From Acinetobacter wanghuae (GTDB lineage Bacteria; Pseudomonadota; Gammaproteobacteria; Pseudomonadales; Moraxellaceae): DNA of 32,000 nucleotides. Made by a program: the position numbers and the translations under genes. This document shows, in pieces, positions 28,113 through 32,000 of the stretch. The notes beneath the pieces were generated by a model, which made no database searches, had not been told where the DNA came from, and worked only from the letters and a program-made list of their open reading frames with translations. Each line of letters starts with the position of its first letter. The stretch's first letter is position 1. The stretch spans positions 240,001-272,000 of the forward strand of contig NZ_CP045650.1 of NCBI RefSeq assembly GCF_009557235.1, written 5' to 3'.

Positions 28113-28966
28113 TGCCACTTAAGTTTGATCGTCTCAAGAACCTTGATCTCAATAGTATCAATCGTACAGCACCGATCGCTTTATTTTTACTTATCCTCTA
28201 TCTATGTTGGAAGCTTGCTGCACTGTTTTGGATTGTGGTTGCGCCTTTACAAGCGATGCAATTTGAACGTGTGGAACTCGGTTCACAACAAAGCCAAGTG
28301 CCGAACATCCATTCATTCTCACTGTTTCAAGAACAAACACAAAATCAAGCGACAGCCGATATTGCAGATCTGACTCTACAAGGGGTGATGATCTCAAACC
28401 CGAGTCGTCTTTCATCAGCCGTGATTAAAGTAAAAGAGATATCGGATCGTTTTCGTGTAGGGGAGCGTTTGGGAGATACAGGTTACGAGCTATCTGAAGT
28501 CTATTGGGATCATGTCATTATTCGACAGCCTTCAGGTGCAATGCAAAAGTTGAACTTTAAAGGCTTGGAAAATGGTTTAAATCAGCCGTATCCAATCAAA
28601 GATCAACCCTCAAGTCAGCCGAGTTCAGCATCTAATCAAGCACCTCAAACTGAACAGCCGAATTCACCACAAGAGGAAATTGGTCGCGCGATTCAGCAAA
28701 TGAATGAAAACCGTGAACAATATATGCAAAACATGGGGGTGAGTTCATCTGAAAATGGTTATGAGGTTTCAGCGCGAACTCCTGCGATATTAAGGAATCG
28801 TCTAGGTTTAAGACCCGGAGATCGAATTTTATCGTTAAACGGTAAAACGATGGGCAATGGACAATCGGAAACGCAGTTATTAGAACAAGCGCGCCGTGAT
28901 GGACAGGTCAAACTCGAAATTAAACGTGGTGATCAAGTGATGACCATACAACAGGATTTAAAGTGA
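28112..28966 (+). CDS. gspC: Type II secretion system protein C (HR domain plus C-terminal PDZ-like domain)
   Basis: N-terminal TM, LTLQGVMIS... HR-like region, and C-terminal GLRPGDRILSLNG PDZ-like motif. Located directly upstream of gspD. Confidence 0.8.
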   Translation: MPLKFDRLKNLDLNSINRTAPIALFLLILYLCWKLAALFWIVVAPLQAMQFERVELGSQQSQVPNIHSFSLFQEQTQNQATADIADLTLQGVMISNPSRLSSAVIKVKEISDRFRVGERLGDTGYELSEVYWDHVIIRQPSGAMQKLNFKGLENGLNQPYPIKDQPSSQPSSASNQAPQTEQPNSPQEEIGRAIQQMNENREQYMQNMGVSSSENGYEVSARTPAILRNRLGLRPGDRILSLNGKTMGNGQSETQLLEQARRDGQVKLEIKRGDQVMTIQQDLK

Positions 28967-29004
28967 TGTCTTATCACCTATAAGGTTGGGAAAAACCAAA
29001 GTTT

Positions 29005-31248
29005 ATGAGTTTATTTAATAATAATCGATCAGCTTGGGCATTGTGTGTTGCTGCACCTTTAATGGCGGTTGTCAGTACGGAAAGCTATGCACAAACATGG
29101 AAGATCAATCTTAGAGATGCGGACTTGGCAGCTTTTATTAATGAAGTTGCTGATATCACGGGTAAAAATTTTGCAGTTGACCCACGTGTACGCGGTAATG
29201 TAACGGTCATTTCTAACAAACCTTTAAATAAAAATGAAGTGTATGACTTATTTTTAGGGGTGTTAAATGTCAACGGCGTGGTGGCAATCCCATCAGGCAA
29301 TACCGTGAAATTGGTGCCGGATAGCAATGTGAAAAGTTCGGGCATTCCTTATGATGCCAGAAGTCGTGCAACGGGCGACCAAATTGTGACACGCGTCATT
29401 TGGCTTGAAAATACCAATCCCAATGACCTGATTCCTGCACTTCGTCCACTCATGCCACAGTTCGCTCATTTGGCTGCAGTACCCGGAACCAATTCTTTAA
29501 TTGTGTCGGATCGTGCCAGTAATATTTATCAATTGGAAACAATCATTCGTAATTTGGATGGTACGGGTCAAAATGATATTGAAGCCATTTCGTTACAATC
29601 GAGTCAGGCAGAAGAGATTATCGGTTTACTCGACAATATGAGTTCAACGGGGGCCGCGAAAGACAACAAAGGCGCTCGTGTGCGTGTGATTGCAGATACA
29701 CGTACCAATCGCATTTTAATTAAAGGTGATCCTGCCACGCGTAAACGTATTCGCCAGATGATTGAAACGCTCGATGTCCCTGCGGCAGATCGTTTAGGGG
29801 GCTTAAAAGTTTTTCGATTAAAATACGCCAGTGCGAAAAATTTAGCAGAAATCTTACAAGGTTTGGTGTCTGGGCAAAATGTCAGGACATCTTCAGATGG
29901 CACGAGTTCAAATTCAAATCTGAATAATAGCTTTAGCTCGAATCAAAATAATAGCAGTGAAAACACAAGCACGAGTACAGGCGTGAGTGGTATTCAGCTC
30001 AATAGCAATTCCAATAGCACACAAAACTCAATTAGTAGTTTTAATGGCAATGGCGTGAGTATTATCGCGGATCACACGCAAAACTCGATTGTGGTGAAAG
30101 CTGATCCTCAGCTAATACGTGAGATTGAATCGGCGATTACTCAACTCGATATTCGTCGTCAGCAAGTACTCATTGAAGCGGCGATTATTGAAGTTGAAGG
30201 CACAGATGCAGATCAACTCGGCGTGCAATGGGCTTTAGGCGACATCAGTAGCGGTATTGGTCTGATCAATTTTGATAATTTTGGGGCGAGTTTAAAAAGC
30301 ATCGCCTCTGGTTATGCTTTGGGTGGTGGCGCAGGCGCTGCAAGTGCTGTGGGGAGCGGTGCATCGTTAATTCTAGGGGATTATAAAGAAGGTGCAGACG
30401 GCTCACGCAAACTCTATGGCGCGATGATCCAAGCCTTAAAAGAAAATACAAAATCTAATTTACTGTCTACGCCGTCAATCGTCACGATGGATAATGAGGA
30501 AGCCTACATTGTCGTGGGTGAAAATGTGCCTTTTGTGACAGGTTCGGTATCCACAGGTGCAGCGGGTGTTGCCAATCCTTATACGACTATTGAGCGTAAA
30601 GATGTTGGTGTGACCCTTAAAGTCATTCCACATATTGGTGAAGATGGCACGGTACGTTTAGAGGTCGAACAAGAAGTTTCAGATGTCAAAGCCAATAAAG
30701 GTCAAGCATCCGATTTGGTGACCAGTAAACGTGCGATTAAGACGTCAATTTTGGCAGAGCATGGTCAGACCGTGGTTTTAGGTGGCTTGATTTCCGATAA
30801 CGTCAGTTATGGTCGGCAATCTATTCCCGGTTTAGGTGCAATTCCAGGCTTGGGTAAATTATTCCGATCAGAAGGCAAATCAAGTCAAAAACGTAATTTA
30901 CTTATTTTTATTCATCCAACCATCGTGGGGGATAAAAATGATGTGCGTAAATTATCGCAGCAGCGTTATAGCCAACTGTATAGTTTACAACTCGCGTTAG
31001 ATTCAGATGGCAATTTTGCCAAACTGCCTGAAAATGTTGAAGATGTGTATCAGCAGCGCATTCCTGTCTCTAAATTGCCGCAACGTTCAAATTATCAAAC
31101 TGTACCGACGGCGCCAATTTCACAAACAGTCGTCACGACACCAGTTGCCATAGAACCGATGACACAAGTGCAACCGATTCAGCCGGTGCAGCATGTAGAA
31201 AAAACAAGAAATACGGTGACGACAACCACTTTGACACCAAACAACTAA
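29005..31248 (+). CDS. gspD: Type II secretion system secretin GspD
   Basis: Signal peptide, N0-N3 domains (INLRDADLAAFINEVADITGKNF), and secretin core (LLSTPSIVTMDNEEAYIVVGENVPF...VVLGGLI...IPGLG...LLIFIHPTIV). Confidence 0.95.
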   Translation: MSLFNNNRSAWALCVAAPLMAVVSTESYAQTWKINLRDADLAAFINEVADITGKNFAVDPRVRGNVTVISNKPLNKNEVYDLFLGVLNVNGVVAIPSGNTVKLVPDSNVKSSGIPYDARSRATGDQIVTRVIWLENTNPNDLIPALRPLMPQFAHLAAVPGTNSLIVSDRASNIYQLETIIRNLDGTGQNDIEAISLQSSQAEEIIGLLDNMSSTGAAKDNKGARVRVIADTRTNRILIKGDPATRKRIRQMIETLDVPAADRLGGLKVFRLKYASAKNLAEILQGLVSGQNVRTSSDGTSSNSNLNNSFSSNQNNSSENTSTSTGVSGIQLNSNSNSTQNSISSFNGNGVSIIADHTQNSIVVKADPQLIREIESAITQLDIRRQQVLIEAAIIEVEGTDADQLGVQWALGDISSGIGLINFDNFGASLKSIASGYALGGGAGAASAVGSGASLILGDYKEGADGSRKLYGAMIQALKENTKSNLLSTPSIVTMDNEEAYIVVGENVPFVTGSVSTGAAGVANPYTTIERKDVGVTLKVIPHIGEDGTVRLEVEQEVSDVKANKGQASDLVTSKRAIKTSILAEHGQTVVLGGLISDNVSYGRQSIPGLGAIPGLGKLFRSEGKSSQKRNLLIFIHPTIVGDKNDVRKLSQQRYSQLYSLQLALDSDGNFAKLPENVEDVYQQRIPVSKLPQRSNYQTVPTAPISQTVVTTPVAIEPMTQVQPIQPVQHVEKTRNTVTTTTLTPNN

Positions 31249-31311
31249 GGCATTCGGCATTTTTTTACGGCATGCTATGATAATTGGAAAGATTGAAGAG
31301 AAATAAAAGTC

Positions 31312-31962
31312 ATGACTTGGAAAATTCAGGCCATTAGCGGCGACTTGACTGGGCAAGAAATTGTGATTGATCGTGATCTGCTTATTGGTCGTCATCAAGA
31401 TGCAGATGTTGTATTAAAAGCGGCTGAAATCTCGCGTAAACATGCGGCATTTGTTCTTAAAGATCAGCAGCTTTACATTCAAGATTTGAGTTCATCGAAC
31501 GGTACCTTTGTGAATGATGTACGTGTCGAGAATGAGGTTGCGCTTAAAGAAGGCGATATTGTTCAATTTGCCAGTTTGAAATTTAGTTTGCTTGCCCCTG
31601 CGCCAGTATTGGACATTGAGCCTGAGCTTGAACAAACGGCTGCGAAAATTGTAGAAGAAGCGGATAAAACCCCAGCACAGCAAATGAATGAGCAAGGTAT
31701 ACCTGAGCTGAAAGAACGTGATACAAACGTTCAATTGACGCGTGACGGCATGCCAACTGCTGTGGGTATTCCAAAACCTGCACCAATCGCTGAAGGTATT
31801 GATATTCATGCGGTAAAACCAGAGCCAGTGCCAATTGCTGTGGAACAACCTGTGTCGCGTGTAGAAGAAACCAAAGAAGCACAAAAAAATGCATCTGTCG
31901 GTTTGGTTTCACTCATTACGCTGATTATTCTAGCCATTATTGCTTGGGTCTTATTTAAATAA
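31312..31962 (+). CDS. FHA-domain protein with C-terminal transmembrane anchor
   Basis: The N-terminal FHA domain reads LLIGRHQDADVVLKAAEISRKHAAF...DLSSSNGTFVN. An acidic/proline linker follows, then the C-terminal TM segment VGLVSLITLIILAIIAWVLF. Confidence 0.8.
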   Translation: MTWKIQAISGDLTGQEIVIDRDLLIGRHQDADVVLKAAEISRKHAAFVLKDQQLYIQDLSSSNGTFVNDVRVENEVALKEGDIVQFASLKFSLLAPAPVLDIEPELEQTAAKIVEEADKTPAQQMNEQGIPELKERDTNVQLTRDGMPTAVGIPKPAPIAEGIDIHAVKPEPVPIAVEQPVSRVEETKEAQKNASVGLVSLITLIILAIIAWVLFK

Positions 31963-32000
31963 GCTGCGTATTGGTTACAATCAAGGCATGTTTCAAGCAT

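Noticed and set aside
31492-31912. Two overlapping minus-strand ORFs (130 and 109 aa), and ORF 31806..32000.
   Set aside because: They are antisense to the FHA-domain gene, which has clear domain signatures. The shadows have odd composition and no SD.

Overview
The window looks like an Acinetobacter-type (Moraxellaceae) chromosomal segment, judged from gene content, synteny and moderate-to-low GC by eye. Most of it is ordinary core genome: hisH/hisB, two tandem tRNA-Phe genes, fadBA, a globin-coupled diguanylate cyclase, uvrC, pgsA, yggX-argH, algZ/algR-hemCDXY, an H-NS-like gene and gspN-gspC-gspD. The exception is a roughly 3 kb, visibly AT-rich insert at about 4.27-7.29 kb. It carries a stand-alone reverse transcriptase on the minus strand with intact RT motifs (YCDD at 4980-4991) and no adjacent effector gene. 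About 310 nt of ORF-free, stem-rich leader lies directly upstream of the RT, and an IS982-family element with a perfect 7-bp target-site duplication sits upstream of that. The leader has stop codons in all three RT-sense frames. Its complementary strand, the sense of a first-strand cDNA, holds a 79-codon stop-free frame with a good SD plus ATG. An 8-bp long-range stem brackets this frame, and the stem arms share AGTAC microhomologies 117 nt (39 codons) apart. This matches what a DRT2-like system would need, in which rolling-circle reverse transcription creates a never-ending ORF. I flag it as the main candidate system, with a small antisense membrane-peptide gene as the alternative. No CRISPR arrays or rRNA genes were seen.
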